64,000 nt of DNA from Bacteroidia bacterium (GTDB lineage: Bacteria; Bacteroidota; Bacteroidia; 2-12-FULL-35-15), in NCBI GenBank assembly GCA_036399275.1, contig DASWNK010000010.1, forward strand, positions 7,188 through 71,187. Direction: 5' to 3'. The notes under the pieces were generated by a model. The model searched no databases. It was given only the letters and a program-made list of their open reading frames with translations, and was not told the origin of the DNA. Position numbers and translations under genes: made by a program. Below are positions 40,508 through 50,543 of the stretch, piece by piece (position 1 is the first letter of the stretch; each line of letters begins with the position of its first letter).

Positions 40508-43500
40508 TTAGAAATAAGCTCTTACCTGAAGTCCGCCTGTATGGATAATTTTGGTGCCTTCCGATTTTCTTCCATCATAAGTAACGCTCAGCTGAAGGTT
40601 GTTCGATAACGTGCGCTGGTAAGTCAGTCCCCAGGTAATATTCTGTCCGATTTTCAAAGCATCCAACATTTCAAATGCAAGTGAAGTGTTCTGAATTCCG
40701 TCAAACTTAATTCTGATAAAATTCGCCTTTAAGTTCAAGCTTCCTTTTTGCAACACATTGTATTTTATTTCTACGCCATAATCCTGCAGTTCCGCTTTTT
40801 GTCCGCCCAGCTCGGTTCTGTTTTTTTTCTCCGTGTAACGGAAAGAAACAGCGGCACGGAAAGAAGTGTTCGGCTGGTAATTCAGCTTGGGTTCCACTTC
40901 ATAATAAGTAATAAAATAATCTCTCGTTGTAAAATATTGCGAACGGCTGGATTTTATTCCGTCTTTATAAACGGCATTCCAGCTAAGTTCTTTAGTCATG
41001 TTCCACCGAATGCGTGCTTCCTTAAATGTATTGGCTCTCGAATCAAATCCATTCACCAGCAGAGCTTTGTTTCTTGCATCCTGGTAGGTAAGATCCAGGC
41101 CAAAGACGGAGCTCAGCTGATTGATGAAGAGCGTGTTCCGGAAGGAAGAGTTGACAGTAACCAATGTACTATCGGCGGTTTCAGCCAAAAAAGGATTGTA
41201 CGCTTTCAAAAGATCATCTTCGATTGATTTTCTGTCCGCACGGTATGAAGCCTGATCTGCAAAGCGCGAAACAAATTTCCGAAAGCCTTTTTTATTATTC
41301 CAGATCACCGCCGGTTTAATAGTAAGCACCTGACTGAACTGATTACTATACACTTTTATATAATCGCTTGTAGGTGTGTAGATCTTTATATAATCTGCCG
41401 TATTAGGGAAAGAGGCGATTTCGAACTCATCGAGTTCTTTTATTCCGTTTCCGTTGTAATCGTTCCATACATAAACACCCTGACCCACCGCCACCAATAT
41501 ATAAGCGAATTCTTTTTTGACTTCCAACCCGGAGCCAATCTCATAAAACGTACTGGAGAAAATCAAGCCTTTTAGTAGTCGTAGATTATATTCTGCTCGC
41601 GCAACGAGTGAATTATCTGGTTTCTGAACGGTCCGCAAGGGATCTTCTATTTTAAGGATCCGGTAGGCGGCATTCAGTTTTAACTGGCTGTTCGGGTTAC
41701 TTAGAATCTCCAGGAAACCGCCATAGCTTTCTGCAAAGGTTGCTCTGATTAAACTTGTTTCTCCGAGCGTATCCTTTACGGCAAAATCGGTTCGCTGTTT
41801 ATAGTTAAGACCGTAGCGGTTTTTTGTTGTATCCGCATTCTGAACATAAGCCTGCCATTCCCAGAATTGATAACTATTTGACAATAAGGAATCTTTTTTG
41901 CTCAATGCAAAACGATTTTGCTCGTATTCATCCTTTACTCCAACAGTCAGCCATTTTATTTTTTGCGAGAGCCCGCTTTTATGTCTGTAGAAATTAGTAT
42001 TTGTTGCGCTCGCAGAACTCAAAAGACTTCCATCATATAAAACGGCAAAACCTTTCTTAGATAACGCCAACGAGGCATTGTGCCTGTTAGCATTATATTG
42101 ATCACCTTCGAAAAAAGCATTGAATTTATATCCAACTGTTCCAAGTCCTTTTTTTGCCAAACCGATCCCCGCGCCGACAATATGCTGATCATCCTGCTGA
42201 ACCTGTGTTCCGCGGTTCCAGTCGCGCTCAAATTCAATGCTTCGGTAGCGTTCAATCGGTGAAAAATAGTGTTGTGTGTATTCATAATTTACATTGGTAA
42301 GCAGAATTACCGGAGATGTGCTATCGGCCAAATCGCTTGATTTAAAAGGATGCGCATTGTCGAAATTCACTTTAAGCGCATAGCCGATATCATCATCACT
42401 ATTTGCCGGAGAGAAAGTGTTGATGTCATTTTTACTTACTGCTCCTTCAACAGAAAGCCTGCTGTTCTTACTGAAAGCATAATCAAAACCACCGGTCACC
42501 ATTTGTTTTTGCTTTGGAGCTACCAGTTGAACAACAGGTTCGTAGCTTCCGTAAAGCGTATCGCCTGTTACACTCGGCGCAATCCATTGAAATACTTTCC
42601 CGTTTGCACTGGAAACAATCTGATTATAATGCCCCTTTCCAAGTCCCACATTACTGAAAGTGACACGATAATGCGAAAGAATACTGTCTGTGCTGTATAA
42701 AAAGATACTATACAACTGTGCCCCGACTATCGTATCCTTCTTCTGATACAATACTTCATTGTTGTTAAACGCCACACTGTCGTAGCTTGGCGAAACAGCA
42801 AGCGATAGCGTGTCGCCAACCCGCGACAGGAGGTATTTTTGGGATGGCGACAGATCTTGTTGCAAGGGCTGGTTTTTACTGTCTTGTTCAGAATACACAT
42901 GCAAGCGAAGTTTTAATTTGTTCTGCTCATACTCATTGGAAAAATGAACAAGGGAGCGCGCATAATTCTTATCGGAATATTGAAATTCCACCACAATGCG
43001 TTTATCTTTTGTAATGAGTTGCTTTGCGGTAAATATGATCTCCGCTGTATTATAGTTAATCACATAATCGTTCTCTTGTCCGCGGTCCATAAGCCTTCCA
43101 TCAACATACACTTTTTCTGTTCCGGAAAGAACAATAATAAAAGGTTCATTTTCGGCCCCTCTCAACCGATAAGGCCCCTGGTTATTTTCAACTCCTTGAA
43201 TCTGATTTCTGGCAAATTTTCCTCGGGACACCGCTGCACTTATTCCGGTTGTATAAAGGCCTTGCTTTTTAAGATCTTTATTTTCTAAATTGGTTTTTTG
43301 TATCGTTGAAAAGCTGATTCCCTGAGCCTTTTTATTAAAATTCATAAAATATCCGGGCGGGCGCAACAACTGGAAATCGCCTGCAATCAACTTCGTATTG
43401 GCGTTGGAGAGCTGAATAAATACCTTGTCAAACTCCTGCAGTTGCTGAGTATTACCATCGGGTTGAATGGGAATGTTATTATCGGTCGCTGCCAGCAGGA

Positions 43501-44095
43501 TGTCCACATTGTTATTCAAATGGCCCGATAACTGAAGATTCAGATTGGAATTGACCACCACATCCTGATTGTTTCCGAAAGAAATTCCGCGCGAAATACT
43601 GCCGCTTTTATTGAGGCCGTCCATCTTAAATATATCATCATTCTTAGATTCAATAGTATAACTGAAAGGGTTGGTATTTCCCTGAAAATCGGGCCGGATC
43701 CGATTCGCATCTTTGTGCTTTGCCTCCTTAGAAAACAAGTAGGGAAATGTTTTATAAGAAGAATGCAGACTGCTTGGCGAAATGGAATCCTTTTCCAGCT
43801 TTGCCTTGTTCAGAATCAGCAGCCCTTCCACATAATTTATTTTATAATAGGAAGTATCCAGCAATTTTCCGTCGGAAGTTGCAAGCCTATATGAACCTGG
43901 AACAATACTTAAAGTATCGATCCGCATAGTGTCTGAACTAGCTGAAAATTGCTCCACGGCAACAGTATCTGCATATTGCGCATATCCTTCCGTATAGAAA
44001 AGCAGTAAAAGCCAAAACAGAATTATTCTACGCAGTATCACAGATTTAAAAGTACAAATTATGTATGAACAAAAGCATTTTATACATTTGTACAT
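40508..44095 (-). CDS. Large (1195 aa) predicted outer-membrane protein, uncharacterised
   Basis: N-terminal hydrophobic signal. Long beta-rich body with Asn/Tyr/Ser-rich amphipathic strands and a C-terminal aromatic residue (..RAYF), typical of OM beta-barrels. No TonB box, plug or CTD recognised. Confidence 0.4.
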   Translation of the reverse strand: MYKCIKCFCSYIICTFKSVILRRIILFWLLLLFYTEGYAQYADTVAVEQFSASSDTMRIDTLSIVPGSYRLATSDGKLLDTSYYKINYVEGLLILNKAKLEKDSISPSSLHSSYKTFPYLFSKEAKHKDANRIRPDFQGNTNPFSYTIESKNDDIFKMDGLNKSGSISRGISFGNNQDVVVNSNLNLQLSGHLNNNVDILLAATDNNIPIQPDGNTQQLQEFDKVFIQLSNANTKLIAGDFQLLRPPGYFMNFNKKAQGISFSTIQKTNLENKDLKKQGLYTTGISAAVSRGKFARNQIQGVENNQGPYRLRGAENEPFIIVLSGTEKVYVDGRLMDRGQENDYVINYNTAEIIFTAKQLITKDKRIVVEFQYSDKNYARSLVHFSNEYEQNKLKLRLHVYSEQDSKNQPLQQDLSPSQKYLLSRVGDTLSLAVSPSYDSVAFNNNEVLYQKKDTIVGAQLYSIFLYSTDSILSHYRVTFSNVGLGKGHYNQIVSSANGKVFQWIAPSVTGDTLYGSYEPVVQLVAPKQKQMVTGGFDYAFSKNSRLSVEGAVSKNDINTFSPANSDDDIGYALKVNFDNAHPFKSSDLADSTSPVILLTNVNYEYTQHYFSPIERYRSIEFERDWNRGTQVQQDDQHIVGAGIGLAKKGLGTVGYKFNAFFEGDQYNANRHNASLALSKKGFAVLYDGSLLSSASATNTNFYRHKSGLSQKIKWLTVGVKDEYEQNRFALSKKDSLLSNSYQFWEWQAYVQNADTTKNRYGLNYKQRTDFAVKDTLGETSLIRATFAESYGGFLEILSNPNSQLKLNAAYRILKIEDPLRTVQKPDNSLVARAEYNLRLLKGLIFSSTFYEIGSGLEVKKEFAYILVAVGQGVYVWNDYNGNGIKELDEFEIASFPNTADYIKIYTPTSDYIKVYSNQFSQVLTIKPAVIWNNKKGFRKFVSRFADQASYRADRKSIEDDLLKAYNPFLAETADSTLVTVNSSFRNTLFINQLSSVFGLDLTYQDARNKALLVNGFDSRANTFKEARIRWNMTKELSWNAVYKDGIKSSRSQYFTTRDYFITYYEVEPKLNYQPNTSFRAAVSFRYTEKKNRTELGGQKAELQDYGVEIKYNVLQKGSLNLKANFIRIKFDGIQNTSLAFEMLDALKIGQNITWGLTYQRTLSNNLQLSVTYDGRKSEGTKIIHTGGLQVRAYF

Positions 44096-44114
44096 CTACT
44101 TAATACGCAAAATA

Positions 44115-44882
44115 ATGGCAAAAATTATAACATATAATTTAAACGGGATCCGTTCTGCAATGAGCAAAGGACTAATGGAATGGTTAAAAGCTGCCGACCC
44201 GGATATTCTTTGTGTGCAGGAATTAAAGGCCGAACCTGGTCAGCTTGATCTTTCGGTATTCGAAAACGCGGGCTATCATCATTACTGGTATCCCGCTCAG
44301 AAAAAGGGATACAGCGGGGTGGCGATCTTCACAAAACGCAAGCCTGACCATGTGCAGTATGGTTGCGGAATTGCCGAATACGATTTCGAAGGCAGAGTCA
44401 TCCGGGCAGATTATGGTGATGTATCCGTTATGAGCGTTTATCATCCAAGCGGGAGCAGTGGAGAAGACCGCCAGGCATTCAAAATGAAGTGGCTGGGAGA
44501 TTTCCGCAAATACATTGATGAGCTGAAAAAAGAGCGCCCTCAATTGATCATTTGTGGTGATTACAATATCTGCCATCAGGCTATTGACATTCACAACCCA
44601 AAGAGCAATGCCAATAGCAGCGGCTTTTTGCCAGAGGAAAGGGAATGGATCGACGGGTTCATGAAAACAGGCTTTATCGATAGCTTCCGCCATTTTAATA
44701 AAGAGCCTCACAATTACAGCTGGTGGAGCTTCCGAGCCAATTCCAGGGCCAAGAACCTCGGCTGGCGAATTGATTATAACCTGGTAACCGACAACCTGGG
44801 ACAACACATGAAAAGAGCAACGATTCTCTCGGAAGCCAGACATTCTGACCATTGCCCTGTTGTACTGGAAATAGACTTTTAA
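44115..44882 (+). CDS. xthA: Exodeoxyribonuclease III
   Basis: N-terminus MAKIITYNLNGIRSA and catalytic motifs (LCVQELK, SDHCPV). Start at internal Met 44115. Confidence 0.88.
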   Translation: MAKIITYNLNGIRSAMSKGLMEWLKAADPDILCVQELKAEPGQLDLSVFENAGYHHYWYPAQKKGYSGVAIFTKRKPDHVQYGCGIAEYDFEGRVIRADYGDVSVMSVYHPSGSSGEDRQAFKMKWLGDFRKYIDELKKERPQLIICGDYNICHQAIDIHNPKSNANSSGFLPEEREWIDGFMKTGFIDSFRHFNKEPHNYSWWSFRANSRAKNLGWRIDYNLVTDNLGQHMKRATILSEARHSDHCPVVLEIDF

Positions 44883-45001
44883 TGCCCATTCTCCGTAGCA
44901 GGAGATCGCTTTACCTTATGAACAGCATGTTTCACCGGCTTGAATCGCTTGTACGGTATCCAAACCGGAAAGATGTTTCTCCGGGGCGCAGGAAAAAAAC
45001 A

Positions 45002-45041
45002 GTCATATCATATGACATTTGCATATTATCTATATATTTGT
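45002..45041 (+). promoter_or_regulatory. 15-bp palindrome gtcatatCatatgac plus TATATTTG (-7 element) upstream of the SBP gene
   Basis: Perfect 7-1-7 inverted repeat at 45002-45016. A TAnnTTTG match at 45034-45041 lies 36 nt upstream of the ATG. Confidence 0.3.
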
Positions 45042-45076
45042 ACCTCAAGAAAAATAAATACCTAGCTTATAACAAT

Positions 45077-46828
45077 ATGAAAAAAGTAATTTACTCATTA
45101 TTAATTGCAGGAATATTTGCATCGTGCGGTGACGGCAACACCACTACCGGTGGATCCCGTAAGGCCAATGGTGGCGTTTTCTACGGAAGTGTTTTTAAAA
45201 TGAATGAAGTAGAAGATTTTCGTAACCTCTACCCACTTAACGTAACAGAGGTAACCTCCCACCGGATTGCAAATCAGGTATATGAGGGATTGGTAAAGCT
45301 TTCACAGAGTGATTTAAAAGTAGTTGCATGCCTTGCTGAAAAATGGGATAGAAATGCAGATGCAAGCCAATGGACATTTCATTTGCGAAAAGGTGTAAAA
45401 TTTCATGATGATGCTTGTTTCGCTGACGGTAAAGGCCGCGAGGTAACTGCAAAAGATCTTGTTTTTTGCTTTCAGCAACTTTGTACTTCAAGCCCTCAGA
45501 ACCAACATTTTATTGACACTTTCAAAGATCGTGTAGTTGGCGCGAACGAATATTTTCAGTCTACTATTGACAAAAAGCCTTTGGCAAATGGTGTTACAGG
45601 GATAAAAGCACTCGATGACTATACAATACAAATCGATCTGATTCACCCTTTTGCAGGATTCCTTAATATCCTGAGCACACCAGGATGCTGGGTTTATCCG
45701 CAGGAAGCATTGGAAAAATATGGTGTAGATATGCGTTCAAAATGCGTTGGAACAGGAGCTTTCCAGGTGAAGAGCATTAAAGAAGGGGAAGCCGTGATTT
45801 TGGAACGCAATCCTAATTATTGGAATGTGGATGAATTCGGAAATCAATTGCCTTACCTGGATGCCGTAAAATACACATTCATTAAAGAAAAGAAATCCGA
45901 GTTATTGGAATTCAAAAGAGGCAACCTTGATATGATCTTTCGTTTACCAATCGAAATGATTCCGGATATTCTTGGAGAACTTGGAAGCGCCAAAGAAGGA
46001 AACGCTCCTTTCGAAATGCAGGTTGTTCCGGCTATGAGTATCTTCTACTATGGTTTTCAGCATGAAAGCGATATTTTCAATAAAAAAGAAGTTCGTTTGG
46101 CATTCAATTATGCGATTGACCGCGAAAAAATTGTGAACTACACATTGCAGGGCGAAGGCGTACCGGGAAATTACGGTATTGTGCCTCCTTGTTTTAAAGA
46201 ATATGATAACAAATCGTTAAAAGGCTATAGTTTTGATATTGACAAAGCTCGCAAATTGATGGCTACGGCAGGTTATCCTGACGGAAAAGGATTCCCAAAA
46301 TTAACGCTTCACATCAACAGTGGCGGTGGCGACAGAAATATCCAAACTGCGGAAGTAATTCAGAAAATGCTTAAAGAGAACCTGAACATTGATATCGAAA
46401 TCAACGTAGTTCCTTTCGCTGAGCACATCGAAAACATCTCTGATGGAAAAGCGCAATTCTGGAGATCAGGATGGACTGCTGATTACCCGGATCCTGAAAC
46501 ATTCCTTACTACTTTATACAGTACGCACGTTCCTAGTAAGCTTTCTGAAAAATCGTATTTGAACACGGTCCGCTATAAGAGCGCAAGATTCGATTCTCTA
46601 TTTACAGCTGCTATGCAGGAAGTAGACGACAAAAAACGTTTTGATCTATACCGTCAGGCTGACCAACAGGCAATTGATGATGGTGCTATCATGCCGATCT
46701 TCTATGATGAGAATTATCGCTTGGTGCAACCAAACGTAAAAAATTTCCCTGCAAACGCAATGGAATATCGTGATATGTCACGCGTGTACATTGAGCCAAA
46801 AGAAGAAAAAACGGAAGCAAAAAAATAA
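45077..46828 (+). CDS. ABC-transporter-type solute-binding protein family 5 (oligopeptide/nickel SBP) lipoprotein, orphan
   Basis: Lipoprotein signal (IFASCGDG) with an SBP_bac_5 fold along its length. No adjacent permease or ATPase genes. Start at internal Met 45077. Confidence 0.75.
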   Translation: MKKVIYSLLIAGIFASCGDGNTTTGGSRKANGGVFYGSVFKMNEVEDFRNLYPLNVTEVTSHRIANQVYEGLVKLSQSDLKVVACLAEKWDRNADASQWTFHLRKGVKFHDDACFADGKGREVTAKDLVFCFQQLCTSSPQNQHFIDTFKDRVVGANEYFQSTIDKKPLANGVTGIKALDDYTIQIDLIHPFAGFLNILSTPGCWVYPQEALEKYGVDMRSKCVGTGAFQVKSIKEGEAVILERNPNYWNVDEFGNQLPYLDAVKYTFIKEKKSELLEFKRGNLDMIFRLPIEMIPDILGELGSAKEGNAPFEMQVVPAMSIFYYGFQHESDIFNKKEVRLAFNYAIDREKIVNYTLQGEGVPGNYGIVPPCFKEYDNKSLKGYSFDIDKARKLMATAGYPDGKGFPKLTLHINSGGGDRNIQTAEVIQKMLKENLNIDIEINVVPFAEHIENISDGKAQFWRSGWTADYPDPETFLTTLYSTHVPSKLSEKSYLNTVRYKSARFDSLFTAAMQEVDDKKRFDLYRQADQQAIDDGAIMPIFYDENYRLVQPNVKNFPANAMEYRDMSRVYIEPKEEKTEAKK

Positions 46829-46844
46829 GCTTTATCACTTATAA

Positions 46845-46882
46845 AAAGCCCTCTTTCAAAACCGGAAGAGGGCTTTTTTATT
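46845..46882 (+). terminator. Rho-independent terminator
   Basis: aaagccctctt-N11-aagagggcttttttatttt hairpin. Confidence 0.55.
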
Positions 46883-47003
46883 TTACACTCTAGCCAAATT
46901 ATTAACAAAGACCCTGTGTTTTAATGTGAATAAACAATCACATCGGGCGTATTATTACCCTTGATTATCAATAATTTTGTATTATAAATTTAAATTCCTG
47001 AAA

Positions 47004-48011
47004 ATGAAAAATGTATTTAAGTACACACTAATTATAACACTCAGCAGTGCACTATTCTCTTGTGTGCCTCAGCGTAAGCTGGAAGAAGAACAGACAAAGC
47101 GTGAAAGCACTGAAAAGGAGCTTGCTGCCCTTAAAAGCAGTAGCCTTGATTGTGACACCAAGCTCAAAGAAGCTACCAAGCAAATGGCAGACGACAATAA
47201 AGTGATCATGGGATTGCAAAAGGATACCTCCATTGTTGGCACCAGCTATAGAAGCCTCACGTCCAAATATGATAAGCTCAACCAGATCAATGAACAATTA
47301 CTCGATAAATACAACCGCCTCTTGGAAGGGAATATTGCCGACACCAAGAAGCTTTCAGGAGAATTGCAGCTGACCCAGGAACAGCTTCTGAAAAAACAGG
47401 ATGAGCTGAAATTACTGGAAGCACAACTGAATGCACAAAAGAAAAATCTGGATGCATTAAATGAAGAATTAAAAAAACGTGAAGCTCGTGTTGCAGAATT
47501 GGAAGCCATCTTAAAAAAGAAAGATGAAGCAGCGAACGAATTGAGAAAAAAATTATCCGATGCTTTATTAGGCTTTGAAGGAAAAGGGCTGACGATTACT
47601 CAGAAAAATGGCAAAGTATACGTATCTATGGACGAGAGTCTGCTGTTTGCTTCCGGGAGCACAACCGTAGAAGCAAAAGGAGTAGACGCGCTAAAAAAGG
47701 TAGCTAAAGTACTGGAACAAAATACTGATATCAATGTTTCTATTGAAGGGCATACGGATGATGTGCCGATGGTAGGAAAAGGAGAGATTAAAGACAATTG
47801 GGACCTGAGCGTAATGCGCGCAACCTCCATTGTAAAAATCATCACAAAAAACAGTTCTGTGGACCCTAAGCGTTTAACCGCAGCTGGTCGCGGGGAATAC
47901 TTCCCGATCGATCCGGCAAAAACGCTAGAAGCCCGCAAAAAGAACCGCAGAACAGAAATTATTTTAACTCCTAAACTGGACGAATTATTAAAAGTACTGG
48001 AAGGGAATTAA
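47004..48011 (+). CDS. OmpA/MotB-domain lipoprotein with long N-terminal coiled coil
   Basis: Lipobox LFSC. A ~180-aa heptad-rich coiled coil (KELAALK...LEAQLNAQKKNLDALNEELKKREARVAELEAILKKK) precedes the OmpA_C domain (HTDDVPMVGKGEIKDNWDLSVMRATSIV...NRRTEIIL). Confidence 0.75.
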   Translation: MKNVFKYTLIITLSSALFSCVPQRKLEEEQTKRESTEKELAALKSSSLDCDTKLKEATKQMADDNKVIMGLQKDTSIVGTSYRSLTSKYDKLNQINEQLLDKYNRLLEGNIADTKKLSGELQLTQEQLLKKQDELKLLEAQLNAQKKNLDALNEELKKREARVAELEAILKKKDEAANELRKKLSDALLGFEGKGLTITQKNGKVYVSMDESLLFASGSTTVEAKGVDALKKVAKVLEQNTDINVSIEGHTDDVPMVGKGEIKDNWDLSVMRATSIVKIITKNSSVDPKRLTAAGRGEYFPIDPAKTLEARKKNRRTEIILTPKLDELLKVLEGN

Positions 48012-48152
48012 AATCCAACTTTATTCTGCTTCAAACCGTTCATTGACAATCGTCATGGGCGGTTTGAAGCATACACTAAAATGTTAATTATTATTAATTG
48101 CACGTAACATTTTTTAAAATGTGCGTTATATGTTTTTATCTCCTTCAATCTT

Positions 48153-49886
48153 ATGAAAAAAATAATTCTTTTTCTTTCAATCATCATTTTTGCAGATCAT
48201 TCTTTTGCCCAGCTGGTAACGGAATACTGGGACATTGCACAAACAAAGAAAAAGAGTGAACAGCAAATGAAAGACGGTATGCAGGAAGGGAAATTCACTG
48301 CATGGTACGAGAATGGCGATATTGCTAAGGAAGGAACATTCGTTAAAGGAAAGGAAGAAGGAAAATTCATCATCTATTATACCGGGAAAAAACATAAATC
48401 AGAGGAACAGTATCTCAACGGCAAAAAACATGGCAGCTGGAAATACTGGTATATCAACGGAAACAAAGCGCAAGAAACATTTTTTAAAGAAGATCTGCCC
48501 GATAGTGTATGGACCGGCTGGTATGAAGATGGAAAAATTAAAAGTGTGGAGCCCTACAAAATGGGCAAAAAAGAAGGTACCTGGACTTACTATTATCAGA
48601 ACGGACAAAAAGAAAGTGAAGGAAATTTTACCAATAACCTTGCTGAGGGAGCCTACACAGGCTGGTATTCCAACGGCAACAAGCAAAAAGAAGGACAATA
48701 CAAAGCTGGCGAGCAAACCGGATCATGGAAAGAATATTTCAGAAGTGGCAAAGCAAAGCAGGAGCTCCAATTTATAAATGGAGAAGTGCTCCTGATGAGC
48801 TTATGGTTTGAGAATGGAGAACAACCGATTAAGAACGGGAATGGCCGGTTTACGATGGTATATGATAGCGGGAAAAAGAAAGGCGAAGGAAATTATAAGG
48901 AAGGCCGTATGGATGGAGAATGGATCTTTTACACTCCTACCGCTGAAAAAGATTTCAAAGTGATGTACGCAAAAGGCAAGAAGAACGGCCCTTGCACAAA
49001 TTGGTTCAAAAACGGAAAAGTGAAAAGTGAAGGACCTTTTGTGAATGATAAAAAAAACGGCTATTGGAAATGGTACAACGATAATGGCAACATCCAGATG
49101 GAAGGAACATTGACCGATAACCTGCGCAGCAGTAAATGGATGTACTGGTATACAAATGGAGCAAAAGAATCTGAAGGCTTTTATAAAAATGATTTGATGG
49201 ATAGTTTGTGGACCTATTACTACAATGACGGTTCAAAATGGAAACAAGGGAACTATAAGGAAAATCTAAAAACAGATCTCTGGACTACATGGTATGAAAA
49301 CGGAAATAAACTGGAAGAAGGAAAATATGTTTCGGGGAAAGAAGAAGGCCTTTGGTATTCCTGGTTTGAAAACGGCGAAAAGAAAGATGAAGGCACTTTC
49401 AAAGCAGCGAAAATGGATGGCAGCTGGAAAGGCTGGTTCCCAAATAAAAGTCCTAACTACGAAGGATTTTACAAAGATGAATTGAAAGATGGCGCATGGA
49501 AATATTATTTTGATAATGGTAAAGTACAGGAAGAAGGACCCTATAAAAAAGGTAAAAAAGAAGGGCATTGGAGTTTCTGGACACCATACGGTTTTAAGGA
49601 TAGCGAAGGCGATTATATAGAGGAAAAACCCAACGGCCTTTGGACCTACTACTATGAAACCGGAGTAAAATCAATGGAACAGACCTTCAAAGACGGCAAA
49701 CTAAGCGGCGATTGCTCTTCCTGGTATGAAGATGCAAAGCTGAAAAGCACCACCTCTTATACATTGGTAAAAGACAAAAAAGGATATCGCGTCGAAAGTA
49801 AACCCAATGGAACCTGGACTTATTATGATAAGAATGGCAATGTGATGATGCAAACGACCTACAAAAAAGGCGTGAAAGTCAATTAA
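48153..49886 (+). CDS. MORN-repeat-variant (YwqK-family) repeat protein
   Basis: Signal peptide followed by about 24 tandem ~23-aa repeats (G.W..WYENG.K..EG.Y..GK..G.W). Confidence 0.8.
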   Translation: MKKIILFLSIIIFADHSFAQLVTEYWDIAQTKKKSEQQMKDGMQEGKFTAWYENGDIAKEGTFVKGKEEGKFIIYYTGKKHKSEEQYLNGKKHGSWKYWYINGNKAQETFFKEDLPDSVWTGWYEDGKIKSVEPYKMGKKEGTWTYYYQNGQKESEGNFTNNLAEGAYTGWYSNGNKQKEGQYKAGEQTGSWKEYFRSGKAKQELQFINGEVLLMSLWFENGEQPIKNGNGRFTMVYDSGKKKGEGNYKEGRMDGEWIFYTPTAEKDFKVMYAKGKKNGPCTNWFKNGKVKSEGPFVNDKKNGYWKWYNDNGNIQMEGTLTDNLRSSKWMYWYTNGAKESEGFYKNDLMDSLWTYYYNDGSKWKQGNYKENLKTDLWTTWYENGNKLEEGKYVSGKEEGLWYSWFENGEKKDEGTFKAAKMDGSWKGWFPNKSPNYEGFYKDELKDGAWKYYFDNGKVQEEGPYKKGKKEGHWSFWTPYGFKDSEGDYIEEKPNGLWTYYYETGVKSMEQTFKDGKLSGDCSSWYEDAKLKSTTSYTLVKDKKGYRVESKPNGTWTYYDKNGNVMMQTTYKKGVKVN

Positions 49887-49891
49887 ATGGC

Positions 49892-50314
49892 CTATCTCCT
49901 TGGGTGATGTGGATGATGAGGCTTGTGCTTTGTATTTGCAGCGCGGGCAGCTCTTTGTTCATCCTCTTTTTTCTTGCGTTTTTTAGCTAGAGCTGTTGTA
50001 AACCAGGCAATGCCGATTACGACCGCAAAACCAAGCACCATTATAATGTATTGAATTATTTGATCACGACGGGCTTTTTCCTTCAACCTCGCAATTTCCT
50101 CATTACCTGCCGAAAGATTTTTAGAAAGATTTTTTATGGAAGGACCATCGGACGACTCCTCAGTTACAATAGCAGAAGAGTCGGTTATTGAATCTGTTTT
50201 TTCCTGTGCAATTAACGAGCTACCGGTAGAACAGGAGAACAGAATTAAAAAGATGAAAGCCCAGAATATCCTTACTACACTACTTTTACCGGCTTTTTTA
50301 TGTTTGATGTCCAT
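49892..50314 (-). CDS. Small membrane protein with His/Pro-rich C-terminal tail
   Basis: Two predicted TM helices. Basic C-terminus ending KHKPHHPHHPRR. Start at internal Met 50314. Confidence 0.4.
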   Translation of the reverse strand: MDIKHKKAGKSSVVRIFWAFIFLILFSCSTGSSLIAQEKTDSITDSSAIVTEESSDGPSIKNLSKNLSAGNEEIARLKEKARRDQIIQYIIMVLGFAVVIGIAWFTTALAKKRKKKEDEQRAARAANTKHKPHHPHHPRR

Positions 50315-50466
50315 AATATTGTTTTTTAAATATTTATGCGGAATCTTAATAAGGGAGTAGCTTAATAGCAAAAATAGTTAAATTTCAATAGCTTTTACAT
50401 CTCTTAGACGTAAAAACTGCTCCCTAAGTTGCTGCAAATAAATTTGGCAGATCAAAAATGTTGCCG

Positions 50467-50526
50467 TATATTTGCACCGTTAAAGTAGAAGAACAAAGGC
50501 AAAGAGGGGACAAAAGTCCCCTCTTT
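50467..50526 (+). promoter_or_regulatory. Candidate promoter -7 element (TATATTTG) and leader stem-loop upstream of rimP-nusA-infB
   Basis: TAnnTTTG at 50467-50474. A perfect 10-bp stem with a 4-nt loop (aagaggggac aaaa gtcccctctt) lies at 50502-50525. It is followed by the U-rich stretch tctattcatat, 18 nt before the rimP ATG. Confidence 0.4.
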
Positions 50527-50543
50527 CTATTCATATAACCGAG

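Noticed and set aside
40508-44095. Calling the 1195-aa OM protein SprA/Sov or a SusC-like TonB-dependent transporter
   Set aside because: It is about half the length of SprA. It lacks the TonB box, plug motifs and the N-terminal CarboxypepD_reg domain typical of SusC. No adjacent SusD gene.
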